Shown piece after piece: positions 23,697-33,633 of a stretch of DNA of 38,112 nt. The translations under genes and the position numbers were made by a program. Below the pieces are notes generated by a model that saw only the letters and a list, made by a program, of their open reading frames with translations, was not told where the DNA came from and searched no databases. Numbering within the stretch: the stretch's first letter is position 1; each line of letters begins with the position of its first letter. The DNA lies in the IMG/VR virus record IMGVR_UViG_3300033232_000030, positions 1-38,112 of that record; one strand, 5' to 3'. The DNA is from a virus (Duplodnaviria > Caudoviricetes).

Positions 23697-24311
23697 ATGG
23701 AAGAGAACAAGCAAAGACGACGTGACACGGATTGGGATGCAGTTCATCGTGATTACAGGACTGGCAAGTTTACCGACCGTGAATTGGCAGCCAAGTACAA
23801 GCTGACGCACACAGCCATTGGTAAGAAGCGCCGTGAAGGTGGTTGGCAAAAGGATTTGTCTGAGATCATCAGGCAAGAAACAGAAGCGGCTGTGCTTAAT
23901 GCGATTGCAGCAAAGGAAACTGCAAGGCAAGAAGTCATCCAGAAAGCCGCAAGAGATAGCGACCTGTCAGAGGAACAAGTTTCCAAAGTAGTTTCCAGGG
24001 ACGCGGATAACAGTTTCCAAGAAGTTTCCAAAGTCGTAAAAACGGCAGCTGCAGTCAATTTACGGGTGATTGAAGGACAGCACACAAGGCTTGAAGCTTT
24101 GCGTGATTTGTTTGTATCTGGGGCGAATGCTGCACGACGTTTACTTGATGACCCTGACTTGAAGTCAGCTCAGGCTGGCGTACAGGCAATGGCTACAGCA
24201 ATAGGCGCTGGAAAGGTGATTACCGAGCTTGAGAACAAGGTTCATAAGCTTGATAAAGAAGAAACCGGAGATTCGTCATTTGAGGCAGCGCTAAGGGCTT
24301 TGCATGGATGA
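23697..24311 (+). CDS. Terminase small subunit
   Basis: DWDAVHRDYRTG...RELAAKY...AIGKKRREGGW HTH; directly before terL. Confidence 0.8.
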   Translation: MEENKQRRRDTDWDAVHRDYRTGKFTDRELAAKYKLTHTAIGKKRREGGWQKDLSEIIRQETEAAVLNAIAAKETARQEVIQKAARDSDLSEEQVSKVVSRDADNSFQEVSKVVKTAAAVNLRVIEGQHTRLEALRDLFVSGANAARRLLDDPDLKSAQAGVQAMATAIGAGKVITELENKVHKLDKEETGDSSFEAALRALHG

Positions 24312-25824
24312 GCAACTCCAAAGAAACCTGAGGCAAATCGTTGATAGCCTTGAGGTGTTTGGGGCGCATTGTCTGAAGATTGCCGATAAGTCTGGCAAGA
24401 CGGTGCCATTTGTGTTTAACAGGGCTCAAAAGTACCTGCATGAAAAGCTTGAAGCGCAGCTAAAGGCAACCGGAAAGGTCAGGGCGCTGGTACTCAAAGG
24501 CAGACAGCAGGGTGTCTCGACATACGTTGCGGCCAGGTTCTATCACAAAACGACCACGGCATTTGGGCGAAAGACGCTGATTGTTGCGCACCAGCAAAAG
24601 AGCACCAGTGGCCTGTTTGACATGGTCAAGATGTACCACAAGTACAACCCGATGGGTGTCTCGACCGAGAAGTCAAACGCGATTGAACTGGTGTTCGATA
24701 AGCTCGAAGGCAGGTATTCACTGGCAACAGCAGGTACCGAGGACGTTGCCCGAGGGATGACGGCACAGCTTGCGCATTTGAGCGAATTTGGCTTTTGGAC
24801 AAACGGTCAGAAACATATGGCTGGTTTGGGCAACGTGGTGCCTGATGTGGATGGCTCAGAGGTAATCATTGAGAGCACCGCCAATGGCATCGGCAATGCG
24901 TTTCATTCGCTCTGGCAGGAGGCTGAGGCGGGGCGCGGTGAGTACATCACGGTCTTTTTGCCTTGGTACTGGTCTGATGAGTATCGATCCGCCGTGCAAG
25001 ATGGGTTCAAGCGCACAGAGGAAGAGGCGTTACTGGCTGATACCTATGGCCTTGATGATGCACAGTTGCAGTGGCGCCGAAACAAGATCAGTTCATATGG
25101 TGATGGCTATGAGTGGTTGTTTTTTCAAGAATTTCCGAACTGCGCCTCAGAGGCGTTTCAGACAAGCTCAAGAAATTCGCTGATTAGCCCCAACTATGTG
25201 ATGGCGGCAGTCAACAGCAAATCATCAGACATGAATGCGCCGTTGATTATTGGCTGCGATCCGGCTGGTGATGGCACAGAGGATGCTGACCGCACGGCGA
25301 TTTGTTTTCGCCGGGGCAGGACAGTGTTTCGTGTGGAGTACCACCAGGGCATGGACACGATGCAGATTGCTGGCCTGCTGAGTCAGTACCACACAGAGCA
25401 TCAGCCCGATGGTTTGATCATCGACAAGGGTGGTTTGGGCGCTGGCGTGTATGACAGGCTAAATGAGCTCAATGTGCCTGTAATTGGCATCAATAGCGCA
25501 CAAAGAGCAACAGATTCAGAGCGGTATGAAAACATTCGCGCTGAGATGTGGTGGAAGATGAAAGAGTGGTTTGAAGATCAGCCCTGCCGTATTCCAAACA
25601 ATTCCGCGCTGATTAGTGATCTGACAGCGCCACAGCCAACGGTTAGCTCAAACGGGCGCAAGCTGTTGGAGAAAAAGGAAAAGATGAAGGCCAGGCAGGT
25701 TCGCTCACCAGATGGCGCGGACAGTATGGCACTCACATTTGCGATGCCGGTGAGTCATAGAGACGGTACGCATTTCGCCAGGCCGGTGAAGACCAAGAAA
25801 GCGGCAACCAGTGCCGGTTATTGA
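24304..25824 (+). CDS. Terminase large subunit
   Basis: FNRAQ, LKGRQQGVST (Walker A), HLSE, ESTANG, GCDPA, SPDGADS. Confidence 0.95.
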   Translation: MDEQLQRNLRQIVDSLEVFGAHCLKIADKSGKTVPFVFNRAQKYLHEKLEAQLKATGKVRALVLKGRQQGVSTYVAARFYHKTTTAFGRKTLIVAHQQKSTSGLFDMVKMYHKYNPMGVSTEKSNAIELVFDKLEGRYSLATAGTEDVARGMTAQLAHLSEFGFWTNGQKHMAGLGNVVPDVDGSEVIIESTANGIGNAFHSLWQEAEAGRGEYITVFLPWYWSDEYRSAVQDGFKRTEEEALLADTYGLDDAQLQWRRNKISSYGDGYEWLFFQEFPNCASEAFQTSSRNSLISPNYVMAAVNSKSSDMNAPLIIGCDPAGDGTEDADRTAICFRRGRTVFRVEYHQGMDTMQIAGLLSQYHTEHQPDGLIIDKGGLGAGVYDRLNELNVPVIGINSAQRATDSERYENIRAEMWWKMKEWFEDQPCRIPNNSALISDLTAPQPTVSSNGRKLLEKKEKMKARQVRSPDGADSMALTFAMPVSHRDGTHFARPVKTKKAATSAGY

Positions 25825-25825
25825 A

Positions 25826-25854
25826 TTCTCACTCAAATCCGATTTGAGTGAGAA
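25826..25854. repeat. Palindromic site, copy 2 (14-bp arms), just after the terL stop
   Basis: ttctcactcaaatc-c-gatttgagtgagaa. Confidence 0.9.
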
Positions 25855-25880
25855 CTGAAATCAACGTAAGAAAGAGCACC

Positions 25881-26576
25881 ATGGACAAAGAACGCAGCGC
25901 ATTCGGGCAAGCGTGGGAACGTTTGTTGGCAGGCAACATTGATGATGAAAATAGCGAAGCCTATGCACGTTACCGTGACGCAGATGGCAACATTCAGGAA
26001 AAGCGCAATTCGGACGCCGAGATTGCCGAGATGCGCAAGCCTGCTGCGAAAGAGGCGCCCAAGGTTTCCGTGGTCAAGATGGAAATGACAGAAACACCTG
26101 ACCCGATGGCCGATGCCCTGGCAGAAGAGGCCAAAGGCAAAACAAGCTGGGAAGCCCAAAATGCAGAAGATTTGAAAGTGTTCAGCGAGGCTTTCAACGC
26201 ACCAGAGGCACCAGAGGCAGCAAAGCCTGAAACTTTCGCCCAAGCTTGGAAAAAAGCGCGCGCTGCTGGCTTGAAGACATTTGATTGGGCCGGTAAGCCT
26301 GGCACCAAGTTCAGCACAGAAAACAAGGAAGAAAAGGCTGCGCGTGAGGCACTTGCAGCAAGCAAGACCACTGCAAGCAAACCAACGCCACAGCAAATTG
26401 AAGCCAAGGTAAAAACAAAAGGTGCTTCTAGCAACGCAAAAGACAGGCCAAGCGTTTACCATGATAATTTTATTAAGGATGCCATTAACAAGGTCAAAGA
26501 AAAGCTATCCGATGACGTCCAAGTGGGCAAAGCTAAATTCCATGCCAATGGCAGGCCAAACCTGACTGCACGGTAA
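25881..26576 (+). CDS. Hypothetical phage protein
   Basis: Contains ETFAQAWKKARAAGLKTFDWAGK motif; TAATG coupling to portal. Confidence 0.75.
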   Translation: MDKERSAFGQAWERLLAGNIDDENSEAYARYRDADGNIQEKRNSDAEIAEMRKPAAKEAPKVSVVKMEMTETPDPMADALAEEAKGKTSWEAQNAEDLKVFSEAFNAPEAPEAAKPETFAQAWKKARAAGLKTFDWAGKPGTKFSTENKEEKAAREALAASKTTASKPTPQQIEAKVKTKGASSNAKDRPSVYHDNFIKDAINKVKEKLSDDVQVGKAKFHANGRPNLTAR

Positions 26577-28831
26577 TGAACGAAGCGCTGCAATACGAAC
26601 TGGCATCACGCGAGGCGTTCAAAGACAACGGCACGACCGCGTCTGTCATGAGCGCATTGGGCACTAAGTTGCTGCGTGAGTTCAGCCAGGCCGAGGAAGA
26701 CCGCAATGCCACCGAGATGCGTTGGTTGCAGGATTTGCGACAGTTCAAAGGGCAATATGATCCCGAGGTGATTGCCGCCATTGGGCCAAAGCGCTCGCGT
26801 GCATTTGTGCGTAAAACCAGGGTAAAGGTCAAGACAGCCAACAGTCGCGTAGAGGATTTGCTGTTTCCGAGTGGCAGCGAAAAGAATTGGGAAGTTGACA
26901 CCACCCCGGTGCCGACGGTCTCTGATGAAGTGCGCCAAGGGGTCATCAAGCAGTTGCAACAGATGGCCCAGCAAGCCATGCAGCAAGGGCAGCAGATGCC
27001 AGCACCTTACATCAGCAAAAAGATGGTCGATGAGGCTGTGCTGAAGCTGTGCAAAGAATCAGCCAAGGGAATGGCCAAGGTGATTGATGACCAGCTGAGC
27101 GAGATTCGCTACAAACAGATTTGCAAAAAGGTGATCAATTCCGGCCATCTGTATGGCACAGGCATTCTCAAAGGGCCGCTGGTAGAGCGGCGCATTAGAA
27201 GCAAGTTTGTTCAGGAAAACGGCAAGTGGGTTGAGAAAAGCGAAAGCTACATTGTGCCGTTTGTGGACTACGTGCCGCTTTGGCGCTTTTACCCGGACAT
27301 GGATGCCGATAGCCTTGACAACTGCCGTTTTGTCTATGAGCGCCACCAGATGGTGCAAGCTGACCTGGCTGAGCTGGCACAGCGCAAGAGCTTTCGCAAA
27401 GAGATCATTGTTGACTACCTGAAGAGCCATCCTGATGGCGAGAGCACGATCAAGTTTGTTGACAACGAGCTCAAATCGATTGGCGACCGGGTTGCCAAAC
27501 AGGGCAGCAGTGGCGGCAAGTACGAGGTGCTGGAGCGCTGGGGCTGGATGTCTGGTGAAGACTTGCACGCTGCGGGTTTGGCAGTGACTGAAGACAGGCG
27601 CCACGAGAGCTTTTTCAGCAATATCTGGATGCTGCCCAATGGCGAGGTCATTAAAGCGGTCTTGCAGCCGATCAATGGCATTACATGGCCGTATCACATT
27701 TACTACTTTGACAAGGATGAAACAAGCATCTTTGGCGAGGGCCTGAGTGCGGTGATGCGCGATGATCAGACGATGATGAACGCTGCAACACGCTTGATGC
27801 TTGATAACGGAGCTATCACTTCTGGAGCAATGATCGAGGTTGCCACGGGCCTGTTATCGAGCATGGAAGACGGTACCGAGATTGAGCCGTGGAAAGTGTT
27901 CATGCGCAATTCGGCCAGCCCTGGAACACCTGCAGTGCGCGCCATTGAGTTGCCATCGCGCTTGGGTGATTTGAATAACCTGGCAAACCGGTTTGAGAAC
28001 AATGCTGACGAGGTGAGCGCAATACCGCGCTATATGACTGGCGAGAATGTGGCCACGGGTGCTGGTGGTACGGCAAGCGGCATGAGTATGCTCATGGGTG
28101 CGGCCAACATCATGATCAAGGACTTGGTGAGCAGCTGGGACGAAGGCATCACACGCTCTTTCATTACCAGCATGTACCGCTGGAATATGCAATTCCATCC
28201 TGATTCTGCGATCAAGGGCGACTACGATGTCAAAGCCAGGGGCTCATCGAGCCTGGTGGCGCGCGAGGTCAGGGCACAGCAATTGGACGCATTCAGTATG
28301 GCCGTGGCCAACCCGATGGATGCGCCATTCATCAAGCGGGCCAGTTTGCTCAGGCAGCGCGCCGAAGCGCACGAGTTGTCAGACGTCATCAAGACAGAAG
28401 ATGAAGTGATGGCAGAGCAGAGTAACGAGCAGGCCATGCAGGCGCAGCAGATGCAGCAGGCGCAAATGGAGCTAACCATGGCTGAGTTGCAGCAAAAGGT
28501 GGCGCTGATTACCGCCCAGGCTGCCAAGGCGATGGCTGAGGTTGAGTTGGTGAAGGCCAAGGCAACGGGGGCCAAGGTGTCTTCCGTATTCGCTGCACTG
28601 CAAGCTGGCGGTACCGCGGTGGAAAACCCGCAAGTGGCCCCGGCTGGTGATGAGATTTTGCGCAGCTCAGGCTGGGTTGACGCAACCCCAGAGCCAAGCA
28701 TTGCCCAGCTTAACCAAGAGCAAGTGCAAGAGGCGCCAACTTTTGACCCGCTCAAGGAAATGGAAAAACCAGAGACGGGCCGTGTTGGCCTGAATGCTGG
28801 AATGGAAACTGCGGTGATGAATGACAACTAA
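26576..28831 (+). CDS. Portal protein (podovirus type)
   Basis: 751 aa after terminase; YGTGILKGP, FYPD, GTASGMSMLM, Q-rich C-terminal coil. Confidence 0.9.
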   Translation: MNEALQYELASREAFKDNGTTASVMSALGTKLLREFSQAEEDRNATEMRWLQDLRQFKGQYDPEVIAAIGPKRSRAFVRKTRVKVKTANSRVEDLLFPSGSEKNWEVDTTPVPTVSDEVRQGVIKQLQQMAQQAMQQGQQMPAPYISKKMVDEAVLKLCKESAKGMAKVIDDQLSEIRYKQICKKVINSGHLYGTGILKGPLVERRIRSKFVQENGKWVEKSESYIVPFVDYVPLWRFYPDMDADSLDNCRFVYERHQMVQADLAELAQRKSFRKEIIVDYLKSHPDGESTIKFVDNELKSIGDRVAKQGSSGGKYEVLERWGWMSGEDLHAAGLAVTEDRRHESFFSNIWMLPNGEVIKAVLQPINGITWPYHIYYFDKDETSIFGEGLSAVMRDDQTMMNAATRLMLDNGAITSGAMIEVATGLLSSMEDGTEIEPWKVFMRNSASPGTPAVRAIELPSRLGDLNNLANRFENNADEVSAIPRYMTGENVATGAGGTASGMSMLMGAANIMIKDLVSSWDEGITRSFITSMYRWNMQFHPDSAIKGDYDVKARGSSSLVAREVRAQQLDAFSMAVANPMDAPFIKRASLLRQRAEAHELSDVIKTEDEVMAEQSNEQAMQAQQMQQAQMELTMAELQQKVALITAQAAKAMAEVELVKAKATGAKVSSVFAALQAGGTAVENPQVAPAGDEILRSSGWVDATPEPSIAQLNQEQVQEAPTFDPLKEMEKPETGRVGLNAGMETAVMNDN

Positions 28832-29075
28832 AAAAACGGATGAACAACTGATGCATGAGCGCCTGATTGAGGCGTCGCGCACTGTGCGCCAGTACGCTGG
28901 CACCGAAGGGTCACGGCATATGGTTGACATGCTTGACACACTGGGGCGCAGCTACATGACTGACCTGGTGAACGTGAAGCCTGATGGCCTGGTTGCATTA
29001 CAGGCGGCGATCAAGCAGACCTACGCGATTCGCGCGATTGTGGCCAATGAAGGCCAGGACGTGCCAAAGATTTAA
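28821..29075 (+). CDS. Small hypothetical protein after portal
   Basis: 84 aa, overlaps the portal stop. Confidence 0.7.
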   Translation: MTTKKTDEQLMHERLIEASRTVRQYAGTEGSRHMVDMLDTLGRSYMTDLVNVKPDGLVALQAAIKQTYAIRAIVANEGQDVPKI

Positions 29076-29102
29076 CGATTCTCCAACCCCTGACAAGACA
29101 GA

Positions 29103-29124
29103 GCCGCTTCATTGCGGCTTTTTT
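29103..29124 (+). terminator. Rho-independent terminator
   Basis: gccgc-ttcatt-gcggc followed by tttttt. Confidence 0.65.
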
Positions 29125-29180
29125 GCGTCAGGACAGTTCGAGCCTGAAAGGGCTCTTTTTTGCCCCGAAAGGAAAACGCC

Positions 29181-30188
29181 ATGGCGACCAAAGAACAAAA
29201 CATGCAAGAGCAAGAAGATTTTGCAAATGCATTTACAGACGATGTGCAGCGCACAGAGATGAGCGAGGACGAGGCCTTTGGCCTGGAGCCCGAAGCCGTT
29301 GACAACCCGGATGATGCTGAGGTGGTTGAAGAACCCGAAGAGCCTGAAGTTGCAGAAGAGCCTGAGGCCGATGACCCACAGGACCCGGCAGCTGCCGAGA
29401 CTGGAGAGGCTGGCCCTGTTGAAGAGACAGCTGTTGTAGTGGAGCCTGGTGCTACCGACGCTGGTGACATCGAGGTGATGAGCCCGGAAGACATCCAGCG
29501 CGAGAAGTCATGGATGGGCCGACTCAAAGCCAAAGAGGCCGAGCTAAAGGCGCGAGAGGAAGCGCTAAAGAATGCTTCAATTGCGACAGATACTGCCGAA
29601 AACAGCTCTGAAGAGGCGGCTGAAAACGCGCCTACTGAAGCCATAGAAGATGCTATGGACAAGGTTGACAGTGGTGAGTTGACGTTTGACCAGGCCATGA
29701 AAACGCTGGAAGATGACTTTGGCCCTGACTTTGGCCGCATGCTCAGTGTCATCACCAAGCGCATTGGGTCAGAGGTGGCTGATGAGCGTGCCAATGCAGT
29801 GCGTGGCGAGATTGATAACGTGGTCAGTGAATTGCGCAGCGAAAAAGAGCGCTCGCACTTCGAGTCCATCGCTGATGCTCACCCTGACTTCATTGAAGTG
29901 GCATCAAGCCCTGAGTTCAAGGCCTACGTTGACAGCTTGCCTGACAGTGATGCAGCAAAGCAGGTCATTGAGGCTGGCAGCGCCAAGCAGATCAACAAGC
30001 TGTTGAGCAACTACAAAGACAGCACCAAAGTCAACGAAGCACAAGAACCTGTTGCAGAGACTGTTGCAGAACCGATTGACGAGTCTGCTGTAGATGCCGC
30101 TGAGGGTGTGCGCTCTGCTGGCCTGAAGATTCCAGAGAAGCCCATGCAGGCAGATGACTATGAGGCCGCATGGGCTGAGTTTTCTTGA
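29181..30188 (+). CDS. Putative capsid scaffolding protein
   Basis: Very acidic, coiled coil, AHPDF motif; between portal and capsid; RBS AAGGA. Confidence 0.75.
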   Translation: MATKEQNMQEQEDFANAFTDDVQRTEMSEDEAFGLEPEAVDNPDDAEVVEEPEEPEVAEEPEADDPQDPAAAETGEAGPVEETAVVVEPGATDAGDIEVMSPEDIQREKSWMGRLKAKEAELKAREEALKNASIATDTAENSSEEAAENAPTEAIEDAMDKVDSGELTFDQAMKTLEDDFGPDFGRMLSVITKRIGSEVADERANAVRGEIDNVVSELRSEKERSHFESIADAHPDFIEVASSPEFKAYVDSLPDSDAAKQVIEAGSAKQINKLLSNYKDSTKVNEAQEPVAETVAEPIDESAVDAAEGVRSAGLKIPEKPMQADDYEAAWAEFS

Positions 30189-30426
30189 TTCGGGAGTAAT
30201 CCCTAACCATTGATGAAGTTGGTTACCTCATCCGCGTTGTTCAGTGCGCGTTATCACTGAACATTTTCGGAGCACGACACCGGTCGCGCTGCTGGGTTCA
30301 TGTGGGACAAGTCGCAAGACTCCCCTGATGCATGACCTGGGCTGCATACGGCATTACGCGTCAGTTCGCTCCTTTTGATATGGCTCCTTCTGGGGCCTTT
30401 TGTGTTTTTTATCTTAAGGAAAAATC

Positions 30427-31410
30427 ATGGCTAATACTGCTTATGGGGACATCAGCCCCCGCACCGCCGCCTATGCTTGCAAGGAATTGCTCAAGCGCGG
30501 CACCCCGTACCTTGTGTTCGAGAAGTTCGGCCAGGCCAAGAGCCTTCCAGGCAACTCAAGCAAGGTTGAAGTCTTTCGACGCTATACGGCGCTGCCCACC
30601 ACGCCCACGGCCTTGACCGAGGGTGTGACACCTACAGCGCAAACGCTGGCCAAGAGTGATGTGACGGCAACACTGGTTCAGTACGGCGACTTGATCACCG
30701 TGTCTGATGTCATCATGGACACCCATGAAGATCCGGTGCTCAATGAGTCCATCGAGTTGCTTGGTGAGCAGGCCGCGCAGATGATCGAGAAGATGCGCTA
30801 TGGCGTGCTGAAGGCTGGCACCAACAAGCTCCATGCCAATGGCGCTGCCCGCACTGACGTGAACACGCCCTTCACTGTGGCGCTGCAACGCAAGGCTGTG
30901 CGTGCCCTGAAGCGTCAGAACGCTCGCCCGATCACATCGGTGGTGCGCTCTACGCCGAACTTTGGCACCGAGAACGTGGCACCTGGTTTTGTCGCCATCA
31001 TCCACCCGGATATGGAGTCTGCCGTGCGTGATCAGCCTGGCTTTACGCCTTCTGAGAAGTATGGCTCGATCTCTCCGTGGGAAAACGAGATCGGCAAGAT
31101 CGACGACGTGCGCTACCTGTCCACCACCATCGTCGAGCCCTATGCCGACGCTGGCGGCTTGAAAGGCACCATGTTGTCAACGTCTGGCACCAATGCTGAC
31201 GTTTACCCGGTGATCTTCCTGGGCCGCGATGCTTACGGCATTGTGGCACTCAAAGGTCAGTACGCCGTGACGCCCATGGTGACCAATGCCAAGCCGTCTG
31301 ACTCTGACCCGTTGGCTCAGCGTAGCCACGTTGGCTGGAAGTCCATGCAAACCTGCGTGATCCTGAACGACGCCTGGCAGGTTGTTGCTGAGGCCGCAGT
31401 CGTTGCGTAA
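30427..31410 (+). CDS. Major capsid protein, N4-gp56 family
   Basis: YGDISPRTA, FRRY, LTEGVTP, QYG, EIGKID, DPLAQR..VGWK. Confidence 0.93.
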   Translation: MANTAYGDISPRTAAYACKELLKRGTPYLVFEKFGQAKSLPGNSSKVEVFRRYTALPTTPTALTEGVTPTAQTLAKSDVTATLVQYGDLITVSDVIMDTHEDPVLNESIELLGEQAAQMIEKMRYGVLKAGTNKLHANGAARTDVNTPFTVALQRKAVRALKRQNARPITSVVRSTPNFGTENVAPGFVAIIHPDMESAVRDQPGFTPSEKYGSISPWENEIGKIDDVRYLSTTIVEPYADAGGLKGTMLSTSGTNADVYPVIFLGRDAYGIVALKGQYAVTPMVTNAKPSDSDPLAQRSHVGWKSMQTCVILNDAWQVVAEAAVVA

Positions 31411-31462
31411 ACCTTGACGGTCCTGGTGACAGGCCGTAGCAAATTCCCAACCGGGAATAAAC

Positions 31463-31496
31463 AAGCCACCGTGAAGAAATTCCGGTGGCTTTTTTC
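31463..31496 (+). terminator. Terminator after the capsid gene
   Basis: aagccaccg...cggtggctt followed by a T-run. Confidence 0.75.
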
Positions 31497-31534
31497 ATGG
31501 GCCTTTGATGGCCATTTTCTTAAGAGGTAACCAC

Positions 31535-31873
31535 ATGGCAACTAAATCACAAATCAGCACACTTGAAGACGATGTGCAAGAAACATTGGTCGAGGAAAAA
31601 GCAAATACGCCTCGTGCCAGAGCGGTCGATGGCGGCTCCGGAAAGTATGAGCTGCTGACCATTTATTCGGGCACTGAAGCCGATGGCCAGGATGCCGTCT
31701 TTATCGGTCTGGAAGGCTATGCCTACCAAATCCCGCGCAACAAGCCTTATCTGGTGCCGGTTGAAGTGGTCAATATCTTGCGTGAGTCGGTGATCCGCTC
31801 TTACTCAAACGTCAACGGTCAGCAAGTGGCTACAGACCGCCCGCGTTACGCCTTTTCTGCCATCCCAGAGTAA
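31535..31873 (+). CDS. Hypothetical virion-associated protein
   Basis: VFIGLEGYAYQIPRNK..VP.EV..IL...PRYAF; RBS GAGG. Confidence 0.75.
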   Translation: MATKSQISTLEDDVQETLVEEKANTPRARAVDGGSGKYELLTIYSGTEADGQDAVFIGLEGYAYQIPRNKPYLVPVEVVNILRESVIRSYSNVNGQQVATDRPRYAFSAIPE

Positions 31874-31887
31874 GACTGTAGCCAATC

Positions 31888-32529
31888 ATGTTGCTTGCCA
31901 AATTTCATAACTATGTGGCGCCCGAGGTGATTGGCTGCCCTACGCCTACGCTGGATCAGGCATTGGTATTGACGGCCATTGAATTTTGCCGCGAGACCAA
32001 GGTTTGGACAGACATGCAAGAGCCTGTGATGCTTGTAGATGGCGTGCCGGACTACGAAATTGACGTACCAAAAGATGCCTACCTGCAAACCGTGCGTGAT
32101 GTATGGGTTGGCGGCAGACGCCTTCAGCCGATCACCATGACAGGCTTGCAAGAAGTGATGCCTGACTGGGACACCGCTCAGGCAAGTGAGCCGAGCTACT
32201 ACAACATGGCCGGTGAACTGCCACTGCTGAAAGTGTTCCCGACGCCAGCAAACGCCAACAAAAAAACCATGATTGTGCGTGCCGTCTTTGTGCCGACGGC
32301 TGCCGCCACGAGCCTGCCTGATTTTCTTGGGCAGCGCCATATGGAAGCCATTGCCAGTGGCACCAAGGCCCGTTTGATGGCCATGCCAGCCGTCCCATGG
32401 AGCAACCCTGAGTTGGCCATGTACTACCGGGCAAATTTTGACAAGGCAATTTTGAGCACAAGGATCGAAGAGGCGCATGAGCGTGTACCTGGAACGATTC
32501 GCGTGCAACCCCGCAGCTTTGGCTTTTAA
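31888..32529 (+). CDS. Putative head-tail adaptor
   Basis: GCP...AIEFCRET.VW, LKVFPTP, IASGTKARL. Confidence 0.7.
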   Translation: MLLAKFHNYVAPEVIGCPTPTLDQALVLTAIEFCRETKVWTDMQEPVMLVDGVPDYEIDVPKDAYLQTVRDVWVGGRRLQPITMTGLQEVMPDWDTAQASEPSYYNMAGELPLLKVFPTPANANKKTMIVRAVFVPTAAATSLPDFLGQRHMEAIASGTKARLMAMPAVPWSNPELAMYYRANFDKAILSTRIEEAHERVPGTIRVQPRSFGF

Positions 32530-32541
32530 CCAGGAAAAACC

Positions 32542-33231
32542 ATGACCATCTCAGCCCAATCCATCATTCACCGCGCCACTGACCTGCTGCAAGACCAAAC
32601 CAGTGTGCGCTGGCCTGCCAACGAGCTGGTGCGCTGGCTCAATGATGCGCAACGCGCCATCGTCAAAGTCCGACCGGACGCGATGAATACCACGGCCACC
32701 ATGACGCTGGCTGCGGGTTCGCGGCAAGACCTGGACAACGCCAATCTGACGCCACCTCCGGCCAAGCTGATCGAGATCACGCGCAACATGGCAGCGACCT
32801 CCAATAAAGGGGCGGTGCGCCTGGTGCCGCGGCAGATTCTGGATGCGCAAACACCCGGCTGGCATAACCTGAGCGGCTCGGTGAATATCTTGCATTACAT
32901 GTTCGACCCGCGTGATCCCAAGACGTTTTATGTGTACCCGCCCGCTACCACAGCCGCGCAGCTTGAGGTGATGTATTCGGCCTACCCGAGCGACATTACC
33001 GAACCTGCGGAGGGTTCGCTGTACACGGCGGTGACTGGCAACCTGAGCTTGCCCGATATTTACTCGGATGACGTGCTGAATTTGATTCTTTACCGTGCTT
33101 ACAGCAAGGACAGTGAGTATGCGGGCAACTCTGAACGTGCTGCTGGCTATCTGGGTGTAGTTACCCAGTCCCTCGGGGCTGAAATTGCCGCAACGATGGC
33201 AATCCAGCCTCAACTCAAACCCGGCGCTTAA
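32542..33231 (+). CDS. Putative head-tail adaptor (DUF6682-like)
   Basis: LQD...VRW...EL..WLNDAQ, FYVYPP, LYRAYSKD. Confidence 0.75.
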   Translation: MTISAQSIIHRATDLLQDQTSVRWPANELVRWLNDAQRAIVKVRPDAMNTTATMTLAAGSRQDLDNANLTPPPAKLIEITRNMAATSNKGAVRLVPRQILDAQTPGWHNLSGSVNILHYMFDPRDPKTFYVYPPATTAAQLEVMYSAYPSDITEPAEGSLYTAVTGNLSLPDIYSDDVLNLILYRAYSKDSEYAGNSERAAGYLGVVTQSLGAEIAATMAIQPQLKPGA

Positions 33232-33243
33232 GGAGAACCTACC

Positions 33244-33630
33244 ATGGCCGTTACTTATTCCACCGCTGTCAAGACAGCACGTATGACCGCTGTGCGCGAC
33301 CAGATGGACGCTGGCGGTGCCGCAGCCAAGTTGGAGATTTGCTCCGCTGGCTATGCCGCTGTGCTGGCGACGATCACGCTGGGCTACTCTGGCGCGTCCA
33401 CCGGCACAGTTGCCGGGCTGGTGCTGACGCTGGCGGGTTTCCCGAAATCTGACACAGCGGCTGATGCCACCGGCACGGCGGCGCTTGCCCGTATCCGCAC
33501 TTCGGCCAACGCCGACGTGATTACCGGACTGACCGTGGGCCTGAGCGGCTCCGATGTCAACCTGGACAGCTTGAGTATTACCGCAGGCCAGACAGTCACG
33601 ATCAGCTCGGTGGCATTTACGCACGGGTAA
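33244..33630 (+). CDS. Virion structural protein (beta-rich)
   Basis: ADATGTAALARIR, ITAGQTVTISS; RBS AAGGAG. Confidence 0.7.
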   Translation: MAVTYSTAVKTARMTAVRDQMDAGGAAAKLEICSAGYAAVLATITLGYSGASTGTVAGLVLTLAGFPKSDTAADATGTAALARIRTSANADVITGLTVGLSGSDVNLDSLSITAGQTVTISSVAFTHG

Positions 33631-33633
33631 AGC

